A DNA stretch of 61,202 bases, filler included, from Chiloscyllium plagiosum (Eukaryota): the NCBI RefSeq assembly GCF_004010195.1. It is 4 parts of one record of this genome, joined end to end, with 100 filler letters (N's around TTAATTAATTAA, not from the genome) between each part and the next. Parts side by side here need not be neighbours in the genome. Positions count along the whole stretch, not along the records: positions 44,273 to 57,116 come from NC_057712.1; positions 57,217 to 61,202 come from NC_057712.1; 2 more parts are not named here. The stretch is one strand, 5' to 3'. The notes under the pieces are model-generated. The model saw only the letters and a list, made by a program, of their open reading frames with translations, was not told the DNA's origin and searched no databases. Every line of letters begins with the position of its first letter. The stretch's first letter is position 1. The position numbers and the translations under genes were made by a program. Shown here piece by piece: positions 50,601-61,202 of this stretch.

Positions 50601-50932
50601 TCACTCCCCACTGACTGTAATCAATAGGACCATTAGGACGTGATGGACTTGACTGTGACAGTTTGTGCTATCAAACATCCTCCCAATGCTGGCTTTGCAG
50701 TAACACAGATTTTAAAAAGGCTATTTTGGTAAGGTAATGGAAGGCACAAAAAATGTGTATTCAAAGGGAAGTGGACAAAAGGCAGCAATTTGGATTCAAG
50801 AGTATACCAACTGGTTTTTAAATATCTACCATCTCCTTTTCAGGCTGATTCTCTAGTTGGCATTAGAATACAATACTAGCAATGCTAAAAATCTGATAAA
50901 ATCATCCGTTTGTTACAGGAGGAAGATAGTAT

Positions 50933-51241
50933 TGATTAGATTAGATTTCCTACAGTGTGGAAACAGGCCCTTCGGCCCAACAAGTCCACACCGATCCTCC
51001 AAAGTGTAACCCACCCAGACCCACTTCCCTCTGACTAATGCATCTATCACTACGGGCAATTTAGCTTGGCCAATTCACCTGACCTGCACATCTTTGGTCT
51101 GTGAGAGGAAACTGGAGCACCCGGAGGAAATCCACACAGACACGGGAAGAATGTGCAAACTCTACACAGACAGTCGCCCGAGGCTGGAATCGAACCTGGG
51201 ATCCTGGTGCTGTGAGGCAGCAGTGCTAACCACTGAGCCAC
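50933..51241 (-). mobile_element. HE1/V-SINE-like SINE
   Basis: Full head, core and tail with (TCTAA)n. Confidence 0.9.
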
Positions 51242-52188
51242 AGATAAAAATGGGCAAAAGAATATGATAATATCATCCTCCCACTTTGTGCACTTCACAT
51301 CCCCCTCCTGAACCCTCAAATGTAGGGCACCACTATGTAAACACAAAGCTCAGCCTTTCAGTGACAGTGCCTTTAGTGAGAGATACAGGGCATGGGAATT
51401 GTATGTTCAAATATTGTTCATTCTTAATGATCACAACATCTGTGTGAAAAGGTTAAGGGATCAACATTTTTATAACAGAGCGCTTCATACCGGTCAGTGG
51501 CTGGTGTAAATTTCAGAAGTTATTAGAAAAGGACAGTAATGACTTTGCCAGAACTCGCACTGATGGCTCAGGTCCTCTATTACTGGGGAAGATGGAGTGA
51601 AACAAAATGCATTTTGTGTCTTAATTTTCAGCTGATGATGTTGAGGGGCAGGCAAAGTAAACCTGCTCGCGCCAATCGGAATTTGGTTAAAAGCAAAGCA
51701 TTCACTATCCAATGTTTATAGAAACACTTTGTTTTCAAAAGGATTTTAAATACAAATTCCTTCCTCTTGTTCTTAAAATGTTAGTTTTTATGGTAAAGCT
51801 CTGACAGTCCTCTGGAACCTAATAATTGCATATTTCTGTAGTGAACACCAATAAAGCAGAACCTCAAACCCCAGAGGATTCCTGGCTTTCCGACCTAACC
51901 TGATGACTATAACATACCTTCTGGTGACTGAATACAGATTAATGGAAGATTTGGGGCTTTCATTTCTGTAAAATTCAGAGCTGCGCATCTTACATCTCAC
52001 CACCGAGTCTGTGGAGATACTAGAAACCTGTTATTAACTGTCTAACACCATGTTACATACAAGCTTCTTTGTTGTAGAGACTGGGTCAGAAATAAAGTTT
52101 CCTTCTTTTAATACCTTTCCTCTGAGCAGTTATTAGGTGGTGACTAGAATCTTTCCCACATGGACAGCCCAGATACGCAACCCAGATA

Positions 52189-52490
52189 GGTGGCTCAGTG
52201 GTTAGCACTGCTGCCTCACAGAACCATGGACCCAGGTTCGATTCCAGCCTCGGGCGACTGTCTGTGTGGAGTTTGCACATTCCCCCCGTGTCTGTGTGGG
52301 TTTCCTCCGGGTGCTCCAGTTTCCTCCCACAGTCCAAAGATGTGCAGGTCAGGTTAATTGGCCATTCTAAATTGCCCAGAGTGCATTAGTCAGAGGGAAA
52401 TAGGTTTGGGTGGGTTTCTCTTCGGAGGGTCGGTGCGGTCTTGTTAGGCTGAAGGGTCTGTTTCCACACTGTAGGGAATCTAATCTAATA
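52189..52490 (+). mobile_element. HE1/V-SINE-like SINE
   Basis: ggtggctcagtggttagcactgctgcc...ggttcgattcc (A and B boxes), core, and tail gggaatctaatcta; flanked by ataggt. Confidence 0.9.
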
Positions 52491-53540
52491 GGTGCAGTAA
52501 GAGTCCGAATCGTAAGCAAATTTGTGGGGGCCATCTGAAAAGCAGACTGATAAAGAATAACTACTAGGTAGCTTTACATGCAATATTTTCTAAGAAGGTA
52601 CATTGACAGGTCCAGCAGAAAATTGGTTTATGTTTAGAATTTGGTTTTGGGGAAAGGGTGTACTCTTGTGGTGGCATTGTCCCTCCCTCTGGACCATCTG
52701 CTCCAAAAGAACATAGTAACGTCTCTAAACAGGATGATTAGAAAATATCAATAATTTTTCATTTGGCATTTGAAATAACTTGGACTTTGGAGTTGAATTC
52801 ACCTATACTGCTTTACTCACCAGCTTCATGTAATCGAGACGAAGCAACCATATTTAATATCCCATCCTAAACTGGTTCCTCATTGGATGAAATAAGCTGG
52901 AGTTACAGCAAACCTACTTTGTCCAACCAGGGTTAGTATATTGTTCCAAATATCCAAACAATTTGAATATCCATTTAAGGTTAAAATATTCATCAAGTCC
53001 CCTGTGCAGTATGTTTCCCATTAGCAGGGAATCATTAAACCCCATTATGACCAGAATTCCAACATAGTTTTGGGTCTCTTGATGCATAATTTTCTGTATT
53101 CCAAGCCCAACTCTGAAGCATTTTTCTACTCCTTTTCCTCTCTGTGTTTTTTCTGTATTATACATTTCCTGCCTGAAAGGGTAAACAAAGGTTGAGGTTC
53201 TCCCAGCATTAGGTCTCCCACTGATCCAACAGAAAAGTGAAGAGTTGGGCAAGGCAGCCTGAATGGTCTCTCACTCTGTTGTAACTACCTGTATTCTGCA
53301 ATTCTAAGCTTTTTAGCTGAATTCATGAACTCTCACGCTGAAGTGTTGAAGTATATTAATATATCAAGAGCTTATGTCTCATGTCATCCCACAATCATAC
53401 ACATTAAAAGGAAATGTACACAGCAACTGAAGAGATTTTACATCATTGACATAGCAGGTTAACAAAGGAAAGGTTGTCCGTTTCCAAATACCTTTTATAT
53501 TCCCAGTAGTTTACAACCAATACAACACTTCTGAAGTATA

Positions 53541-53743
53541 GGAGAAAGTGAGGACTGCAGATGCTGGAGATCAGAGCTGAAAATGTGTTGCTGGAAAAGC
53601 GCAGGTCAGGCAGCATCCAAGAAAAAGGAGAATCGATGTTTCGGGCATAAGCCATTCCTGAAGAAGGGCTTATGCACGAAACGTCGATTCTCCTGTTCCT
53701 TGGATGCTGCCTGACCTGCTGCGCTTTTCCAGCAACACATTTT
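53541..53743. mobile_element. Penelope-like fold-back mini-element with 13-bp TSD
   Basis: Inverted arms flanked by cacttctgaagta at 53526-53538 and 53744-53756; hammerhead-like motif at 53654-53690. Confidence 0.85.
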
Positions 53744-54268
53744 CACTTCTGAAGTAGAGTCAGGATTGAAATGTAGGATGTGACAGACAAGTTGTGAGCA
53801 TCTGTGCCAGATCTCACAAAAATCAACATGCTGTTGACCAATAATTCATTTTTATTGATCAAGAAAAAGATTGCAATGATATGCCTTCTTGAAGTGCTAC
53901 ATTTTAGGTAGGTAAACCCACAATGCTTTTTGGGTAAGGGAGGGGTTCCAGGCATTTTACCCAGCGACGGTGAAGGAACAGTAATATATTTTCATGTCAG
54001 GATACAGAATGGCTTGGAGAGGAACTTAAAAGTGTTGTTCCCATTCATCTGCTGCCCTTGTTCTCACATATGACAGAAGGTGCAGTTTTGGAAGCTGTTG
54101 TTAAAGGAACCTTAGCAGGTTGCTGCATTGCATTTTATATATCGTACAGAGGGCTGCCTCATTGTATGGATGCTGGAGTAAGTGGATTTCAGAAATGTAG
54201 CTCAGCTCCTGCAGTGAGGCCTCAGAACTGAGATGACTTGTTTTCAACAACCACTAATTTCCTTAATA

Positions 54269-54528
54269 CAGTAGCACCTTGACTTATGAATTTAATCCGT
54301 TCCAGGACCCGGTTCGCGAACCGAAAAGTTTGCGAACTGAATCAATTTTCCCATTGTTTGGATATTCAAAGCGCGCGGAGCAAAGCAGAACAATGACAAT
54401 GAAACCACGGGCTTTTTGCGTTCGTACCTTGAATTTCGTACGTACGTTGAAGCAAAATTTTACTTCCAATCCTGTTCGTAAACCGATTTGTTCGTGAACG
54501 GGGTCGTTCGTATGTCGAGGCACCACTG
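54269..54528. mobile_element. pogo/Tigger-like (Tc1/mariner superfamily) non-autonomous DNA transposon (MITE), 260 bp
   Basis: TA|CAGTAGCACCTTGACTTATGAA ... TTCGTATGTCGAGGCACCACTG|TA: imperfect ~22-bp TIRs starting CAGT, TA target duplication, internal TTCG(T/C) subrepeats. Confidence 0.85.
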
Positions 54529-55816
54529 TACTAGGAATAATGCCAACCAGTGTTTTTCCGCAAATCTTGTTGACTTTAGTTTTGCTGAGCTCTTTGATGA
54601 CATGTTCAGTTAAACACTGTCTTGATGTTAAGTGCGGTCACTTCTCACCTCACCTTGGGAATTCAGCTGTTTTGCACATGTTTGGCCAAAAGCTGGAAAG
54701 ACGCCTGAGCTCCAGAGGAACCCACTTTGAACAAGTCAGCAAGTTATAGCTGAGTGAGTGCTGTTTGATAGATCCAATTAACTTTGTCACCAGTGCCAAG
54801 AGATTATTCTTTTTTAAACATAAATCTTGAATAGGTAAGACATCTAATCAGATTTTCTCGCCCTAAAACGATTACTCATTGTAGTACTTACTGGAAAATA
54901 CTGGAAATATCAAAAGATAAAGTGTAACCAAGACAATATAAGGCCCCTCCAAATATGAAAGAAGGAAAATGATCACCCATGTTTATTGGCTTCTGATGGT
55001 ATTTGTTACCTACTAAACAGTAGTCTCAGCAAAGCTGGCTGTGTCCGACAGGAAGATGCCATGATTTTTCCTGCAAATTCCTGCAACAGTTCCATGTTAA
55101 ATATTGCAGACTGTTGTGAACAGCCCTGCTTTCTCAGTGTGAGTTTACAAGGGAGCTGTGAGAAACTTTGCAGGTATATGTTTCCCAATATACCAAGGCA
55201 GTGAGGCCATCACAAGGAACTGAGGAAGTTTGATGTGCCAAGGAGAGTAAAATGCTGCTCGTGAGGAATCCATGTTTATTAAAATAAAATGTTTTCTTTT
55301 TTTAATCACAAAGAGGAAACTACTCTCCCCTGTCTCCGCTGGGTTAAAACTTTATGGACATACATCAATTAGGCTCTAGCACCTCAGCCAAGTGACTGTC
55401 CTTCAAACATGAGTCTAAGAACGCAGGATCCTGAAGGCCATTCTACCACAATGGACAGCACTTTTAGGCTCACAGCTTCTGCTCACTAAAGTTCACAAAG
55501 GCACATTTTACAGGACTGTCCAGGTTATGAAGAGGAGGAAGGGACGTTGATTGAAAATCCTAGAAAACAGTTACAGTCCAGGATGTAATGCAGTCCTCCA
55601 GGGCTTAACCAGCTGGTCCCAAACCCCCACATCTTCCCCACTGCCCTTCCAATAGTTTCTCTTTAGATACTATCGAATTCCCTTTGAAATCAATGATTAA
55701 ATCTGCTTCCACCACGCTCACATGTAGTGCATTCCAGATCCTAGCCACTCAACTACAGAAAAAAAATGTAATCCCTTTTTGCAGATGGTTCTTTTGGTAA
55801 TTACATGGAACCAGCA

Positions 55817-55945
55817 CATTCCTGATGAAGGGCTTATGCCCGACATATCGATTTTCCTGCTCATCGGATGCTGCCTGACCTGCTGTGCTTTTCCAGCACC
55901 ACATTCTCGACTCTGATCTCCAGCATCTGCAGCCCTCACTTTCTT
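55817..55945 (+). mobile_element. Penelope-like terminal fragment
   Basis: attcctgatgaagggcttatgcccgacatatcgatt...ctccagcatctgcagccctcactttct. Confidence 0.75.
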
Positions 55946-57116
55946 CAAATCGCAATTGATTGGTTCTGGTTCTTGGCCCTTCAGGAATAGTTTCTCTCTA
56001 CCTGCTCTGTCTAGACACCAATCATTTTGAACATCTCTGCCAAATCTTCTCTATGGATTACAGCAACAGTTTCCCTAAACTACCCAAATGGCAAGTCTCT
56101 CATGCCTGGTAGTATTCTCGTAAATCTTTTCTGCATCCTCTCTAAAGCTTTCAGATCCATGGACACAATATTCCAGTTAAGGTTCAACTACTGCTTTATA
56201 AAGTGTAAAGGAACACACATTTTTCCCTTTTTGTGACTACAAAGCTGAAATGGAGTTGAACTGGCATGTAGATAAAATACCAGGAGGTTTTTGCAACTTA
56301 GATAAAGCAAATTCTGCACATTTTAGTTGTGCAAGACAATGTTGGTTTTTGAAACAACAAGGGAGTTACTTTGAGACAAGAAGCGTCACTGAGTTACAGA
56401 AATTCTGCCTGACATCAGCTTCTGATTGGTTGAGTTGCAGTTTGTTACAAAGCTGCAAGTGCAAGGGCAGCCAGAGACATCCAGTGCCTGCAAGTTGAAA
56501 ACATCTCTCTCCCAGCACCATGCTCCCTGTCCACGTGGGTGAAAAGACTCAAAAACAAGAAAGCGTAAAAGAAGGAATTCTAACAAAGACCTAGGTTCAC
56601 CTGATCAATCAGTGAAGTGACCCACTGCATTACAGACAACAGAGTCATCATTGCTGAAATCAGAAGGGCTAAGAGAGACACTATAAACTCCCTTAGTCAT
56701 TTGGATGTTCAAAGACTGTAATTTTACTTTCCCTGTCTATTTTGTTCCACTCATGATATCTGTGTCAAACTGTCTGTTGTCTAGGTAAAAACAATGACTC
56801 CAGATGCTAGAAACCAGATTTTGGATTAGTGGTGCTGGAAGAGCACAGCAGTTCAGGCAGCATCCGAGGAAGAGCGAAATCGACGTTTTGGGCAAAAGCC
56901 CTTCATCAGGAATAAAGACAGTGAGCCTGAAGCGTGGAGAGATAAGCTAGAGGAGGGTAGGGGTGGGGAGAAAGTAGCATAGAGTATAATGGGTGAGCGG
57001 GGGAGGGGATGAAGGTGATAGGTCAGGGAGGAGAGGTCAGTGGATAGGTGGAAAAGGAGATAGGCAGGTAGGACAAGTCCAGACAAGTCATGGGGACAGT
57101 GCTGAGCTGGAAGTTT

Positions 57117-57216
57117 NNNNNNNNNNNNNNNNNNNNNNNNNNNNNNNNNNNNNNNNNNNNTTAATTAATTAANNNNNNNNNNNNNNNNNNNNNNNNNNNN
57201 NNNNNNNNNNNNNNNN
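57117..57216. other. Artificial 100-nt scaffold linker
   Basis: N44-TTAATTAATTAA-N44. Confidence 0.97.
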
Positions 57217-57272
57217 TCCCCACTCCCACCCTCCTCTAGCTTATCTCTCCATGTTTCAGGCTCTCTGCCTTT

Positions 57273-57308
57273 ATTCCTGATGAAGGGCTTTTGCCCGAAA
57301 CGTCGATT
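57273..57308 (+). ncRNA. Putative minimal type I hammerhead ribozyme in a Penelope-like terminal repeat
   Basis: AUUC-CUGAUGA-A-GGGC(UUUU)GCCC-GAA-ACGU-C-GAUU: CUGANGA and GAAA cores, 4-bp stem II, palindromic ACGU in place of stem III, predicted cleavage after C57304, short imperfect stem I. Confidence 0.65.
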
Positions 57309-57446
57309 TCGAAGCTTTTCGGATGCTGCCTGAATTGCTGTGCTCTTCCAGCACCACTGATCCAGAATCTGGTTTCCAGCATCTGCAGTCATTGTTTTTA
57401 CCTAATACCAGGAATGGCAGGACTGTCGCATGAGGAGAGATTGGTT

Positions 57447-57757
57447 TGATTAGATTAGATTCCCTATGGTGTCGGCCCAACAAGTCCACACTGACCCTCC
57501 GAAGAGTAACCCACCGAGACTCATTTCACTACATTTACCCCTGACTAATACACCTAACACTATGAGCAATTTAGCATGGCCAGTTCACCTGACCTGCACA
57601 TCCTTTGGAATGTGGCAAGAAACCAGAGCGTCCAGAGGAAACCCACACAGACACTGGGGGAATATGCAAACTCCACACAGATAGTTGCCCGAGGCTGGAA
57701 TTGAACCCAGGTCGCCAGCATTGTGAGGCAGCAGTCCTAACTACTAAGCCACCTGCC
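57447..57757 (-). mobile_element. HE1/V-SINE-like SINE nested in a CR1 3' fragment (about 57405-58280)
   Basis: SINE core with a (TCTAA)n tail; CR1 sequence ggactgtcgcatgaggagagattgg...ctgggcctatattcactagag resumes around it. Confidence 0.85.
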
Positions 57758-57770
57758 ATCCAGTGGCCTG

Positions 57771-57925
57771 GGAGAAAGTGAGGACTGCAGATGCTGGAGA
57801 TCAGAGCTGAAAATGTGTTGCTGGAAAAGCGCAGCAGGTCAGGCAGCATCCAAGGAGCAGGAGAATTGACGTTTCGGGCATGAGCCCTTCTTCAGGGCTG
57901 CGCTTTTCCAGCAACACATTTTCAG
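57771..57925. mobile_element. Penelope-like fold-back mini-element with about 13-bp TSD
   Basis: Flanked by atccagtggcctgg / atccagcggcctgg. Minus-strand hammerhead motif CUGAAGAAGGGCUCAUGCCCGAAACGUC at about 57868-57895. Confidence 0.8.
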
Positions 57926-58811
57926 ATCCAGCGGCCTGGGCCTATATTCACTAGAGTCTCAAAGAATGGTTTAAACACAAAAAGTTCTAACAAGGGCAGG
58001 AAATTTAGATGCAGGAAGGATGTTTCCCCTGGTTGAGGAGTCCAGAACTAAGGGTCACCATCTTAGGATACAAACAGGCCACTTACGACTGAGATGAGGA
58101 ACATTTCTTGATTTAGAGGGTGGTCAACCTATTGGATTCACTACCTCAAGACACTGTGGAGCCAATGTCAAAAAAGAGATTGATAAATTTTTGGATGCTG
58201 AAGAATCAACCATGATCCTATTGAATGACAGAGTAGGCTTGAAGGGCTGAATAGCCTACTCCTGCTCCTAATTTCCACATCTGTTTTAATGCTACAAAAC
58301 TTAATATACGAGATTCAGTGAATAAAGCAGAGGGCACAGTTAAACACTCGAAGGTATGAAATCCTAGCTATAACTGAAAAACTGTTTAAAGGCAGAATGA
58401 CTGCTCTTGGTGACTGAATTTTCAGATAAAATAGTGGGATGAGAAATGAGGTTAACAACATTGGTTTAACAAACATTTACAGCTGTAAAGTGAGATATAT
58501 GCAGAAAGGATCATCAAATGGGGTTATATCCATCAAACTGAAAGCTGTATACAGAGGTTGTTTTCCCCCTTCCCCAAACTCTCAAAAACAATATAGAAGT
58601 GTAAATATGTTGGCAAATTGCTGAAAAGTGTAAAAACATTAGAACAGTAATAATGGAGGATTTCAATTACTAGAATTGGCTCTGCTGGCCTAAGGGCTGA
58701 TTCGGTGACTTCATTCCATCCCTGTGCTATTTTCCCAGAGACAGAATTGGGCACTTCAGGGATACCTGCCGGTAATCAACTAATGGCCTATTGAGGTTCC
58801 TGGTGAGTTAC

Positions 58812-59285
58812 AGCCTGGGATTAGGGTTTATAGACTGGGATCAGGGGTAACAGATGGGGATCAGGGTGTAACTAGCTGCGAATAAAGGCAGCACACTGGG
58901 ATTAGGAGCAAAATGCTTGAGTCGGGGGAACAGACTGGGAAAAGAGACAACACACTGGGATTAAAGGCAATGTGCTGGGATCAGAGGTAACATGCTGAGA
59001 TCAGTGATATATCCCAGGATCAAGGATGAACCTTCAGGATCTGGAGTAATGGGCTGGGTTTGGAGTAACATGCTGGAATTTTCGTCAAAATGCTGTCATC
59101 AGGAATAACAAGCTGGCTCTCAGGTACGATCACGGATTGGGGCAACAGCCATATTCAGCGATAACAGGTCAAGATCAAGGGTAACACATCGGCATTAGGT
59201 GTAACACACCAAGATTAGGGATAACATACCAGAATATATGGTAGTATTCTGGGATGAGGGGTATCACTAGAGTCAGAGGTATATT
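58812..59285 (+). repeat. Degenerate ~21-bp tandem array (ctgggatcaggggtaacaca-like)
   Basis: Recurring ctgggat(c/t)ag...gtaaca units. Confidence 0.75.
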
Positions 59286-59542
59286 ACACCTTACTAGCAT
59301 AGCACCCTCAATATCAAGCAGCCTGATTGCTATCACAAAACTTAATGATTTTTAAAAGTATGTAGAATTCCCTGATTTACCCAATTTTCAGTCCAAGATT
59401 GATTGACAGGAAGAAAACTTAGGTGCTATGGGTGGAGGGAAAGCAGTTGAGTGATCTTGATGCACCGAACTGTTGTGATGATTCTTGTGCTGATCAGAAT
59501 TCTGCTTCTTGATCTTCCTTCTCTGGATGGCTTTCACCAATC

Positions 59543-59790
59543 ACTCAGTGGTTCACACTGCTGTCTCACAGTGCCAGGGACCTGAGTTTGATTCCACCCT
59601 CTGGGCGACTGTCTGTGTGGAGTTCACACATTCTCCCCATGCCTGTGTGGGCTTCTTCCGGGTACTACAGTTTCCTCCCATAATCCAAAGATGTGCAGGT
59701 CAGGTGAAATCCCCATTGTGTTAGGTGCATTAATCAGAGGGAAATGGGTCTGGGTGGGTTACTCTTCGGAGGGTCGGTGTCGACTTGTTG
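59543..59790 (+). mobile_element. HE1/V-SINE-like SINE, truncated
   Basis: ctcagtggttcacactgctgtctcacag...tccaaagatgtgcaggtcagg...cttcggagggtcggtgt. Confidence 0.85.
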
Positions 59791-59833
59791 TTCAGCAGCT
59801 GCTGAAGGAAAATTAAGCTGATTTTCTTGAAGC

Positions 59834-60175
59834 TTTTTTTTTCAAAAATATACATTATTCATAAAATACTTTGATGATCTGTACAACTGGACATGCCATA
59901 CATATGTAAACATTCTCATTTGTTTGCATACCGAAAACAGAGTAATCATTCCTATTCACAGGTTGGTGCGATTACATTGAGCTGAGGCGTCAGCGGAGCC
60001 CAAATGACTGCATGGGCCCCCTGTTCTTCTTTAGGCAGGCAGACGTTACACGGTGGTCTTTCCCCACCGCGCCTTGGCGGCAGCTGCCCCAAGCTTCAGC
60101 GCGTCCCTCAACACGTAGTCCTGGACCTTGGAATGTGCCAGTCTGCAACACTCAGTCGGGGTCAACTCCTTCAGC
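59834..60175 (-). mobile_element. 3' end of a second L1/Tx1-like LINE family
   Basis: Minus strand reads LKELTPTECCRLAHSKVQDYVLRDALKLGAAAAKARWGKTTV* (stop at 60046-60048), then an AT-rich UTR and a poly(A) tail (T-run at about 59834). Confidence 0.7.
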
Positions 60176-60714
60176 AGTGTGGTGTTTACTGCAGAGTTCA
60201 GAGATAGACTCAGGGTTGGTGGAGATCTTCTTCCTATTTGTCTCTAGCCCTAAGCAGTACAACAAGCTGAGAACTAACCACATTGTTGTGGCAGACAGAA
60301 AGCCTTTGTCATTAATGACTGATCACAAGTCCAGAAACCAATCATCTACCTGTTGCTGGTTTAATCTCCTTTCCTACACACTCTTGGTTCCAGTTTGTCT
60401 GCACCTTCTCTGACCACTGATTGCACCTACAGCTGTGCAAACAGGGCCTACAGTAAGTGTTGGATTACCTCTTTCAAAAACATACAGTAATCCTTGGCTT
60501 TAAAACACTTATTTTCCCATTCCTGTTCACAACTGAAAATACAGACAAATAAAAAGACATGGTCTTTACAAGGGACACTCTGGCATCAGTGACACACTTC
60601 TGAGATAGGGTTAACACACTGGGATCATGGATAAAACTCTGGGATCAGCAGTAAAACTCTAGGATCAAGTTTAATGTTCTGGATTAAAGATAAGCCTAGG
60701 ATTGATGATAATGG

Positions 60715-61202
60715 TATTGGTGCTCAATGACAGTGCTCTGGGTTCAATGTTGGTGCTCTGGGAGCAGTGATGGTGCTCTGGGTTCAGTGACAGTGCTCTG
60801 GGATCAGTGTTGGTGCTCTGGGATCAGTGATGGTGCTCTGGGATCAATGATGGTGCTCTGGGATCAGTGACGGTGCTCCGGAATCATTGATGGTGCTCTG
60901 TATTCAATTAAAGTGCTCTGGGATCAGTGACAGTGCTCTGGGATCAGTGACAGTGCTCTGGGTTCAGTGATGGTGCTCTGGGATCAGTGATGGTGCTCTG
61001 GGATCAGTGTTGGTGCTCTGGGATCAGTGATGGTGCTCTGGGTTCAGTGATGGTGCTCTGGGATCAGTGATGGTGCTCTGGGATCAGTGTTGGTGCTCTG
61101 GGATCAGTGATGGTGCTCTGGGATCAGTGTTGGTGCTCTGGGATCAGTGATGGTGCTCTGGGATCAGTGTTGGTGCTCTGGGATCAGTGATGGTGCTCTG
61201 GG
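60715..61202 (+). repeat. 20-bp minisatellite (ggatcagtgatggtgctctg)n, about 24 copies, runs off the window
   Basis: Exact 20-nt periodicity with minor variants (gga/ggt, tga/tgt, tgg/cag). Confidence 0.97.

Larger units (their letters stand above)
56783..57404. mobile_element. Penelope-like element ends in inverted orientation either side of the linker at 57117-57216
   Basis: taggtaaaaacaatgactccagatgct... at left and ...agcatctgcagtcattgtttttaccta at right are near-perfect reverse complements; both carry the hammerhead motif. Confidence 0.85.

Noticed and set aside
52189..52260. tRNA gene (A and B boxes)
   Set aside because: It is the tRNA-derived head of a SINE that continues into the shared core and tail; many copies occur in the window.
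56783..57404. Long inverted repeats as TIRs of a DNA transposon
   Set aside because: The sequence is Penelope terminal/UTR sequence with the hammerhead motif, and the centre is an assembly linker, so the true structure is unknown.
60715..61202. Regular repeat array as a CRISPR
   Set aside because: Head-to-tail 20-bp units with no unique spacers, in a vertebrate context.
36000..61202. First coding exon or promoter of DISP1
   Set aside because: No ORF resembling the DISP1 N-terminus with a suitable phase-2 donor was recognised; a candidate near 60345-60430 has stops in the two frames I checked.

Overview
Vertebrate genomic DNA, almost certainly from a cartilaginous fish (shark), judged from HE1/V-SINE-like SINEs, abundant CR1/HER1-type LINE fragments and Penelope-like elements. 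The only host gene I can support is DISP1 (Dispatched-1, the Hedgehog-release RND transporter) on the minus strand. Six coding exons splice in frame: 35749-35720 (30 nt), 21522-21399 (124), 18033-17906 (128), 9522-9425 (98), 4849-4752 (98) and a large terminal exon 3237-382 (951 aa + stop). The first coding exon was not found and probably lies beyond the right edge. The introns are mostly transposon debris: CR1 LINEs, about 8 HE1-like SINEs, Penelope-like elements (PLEs) with minimal hammerhead-ribozyme motifs and fold-back mini-elements, a GC-rich Tx1-like LINE inside a small LTR, a rearranged Gmr1-order Gypsy element, a Rex1/Babar 3' end, a pogo/Tigger-like MITE and minisatellites. There is one 335-N gap and three artificial 100-nt N44-TTAATTAATTAA-N44 linkers. 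Best leads: a Tx1-like LINE that appears to hit one site in an LTR repeatedly, hammerhead-bearing palindromic PLE mini-elements, several templated-insertion scars, and a shortened DISP1 cytoplasmic tail. Family assignments come from motif recognition, not database searches, and repeat boundaries are approximate.
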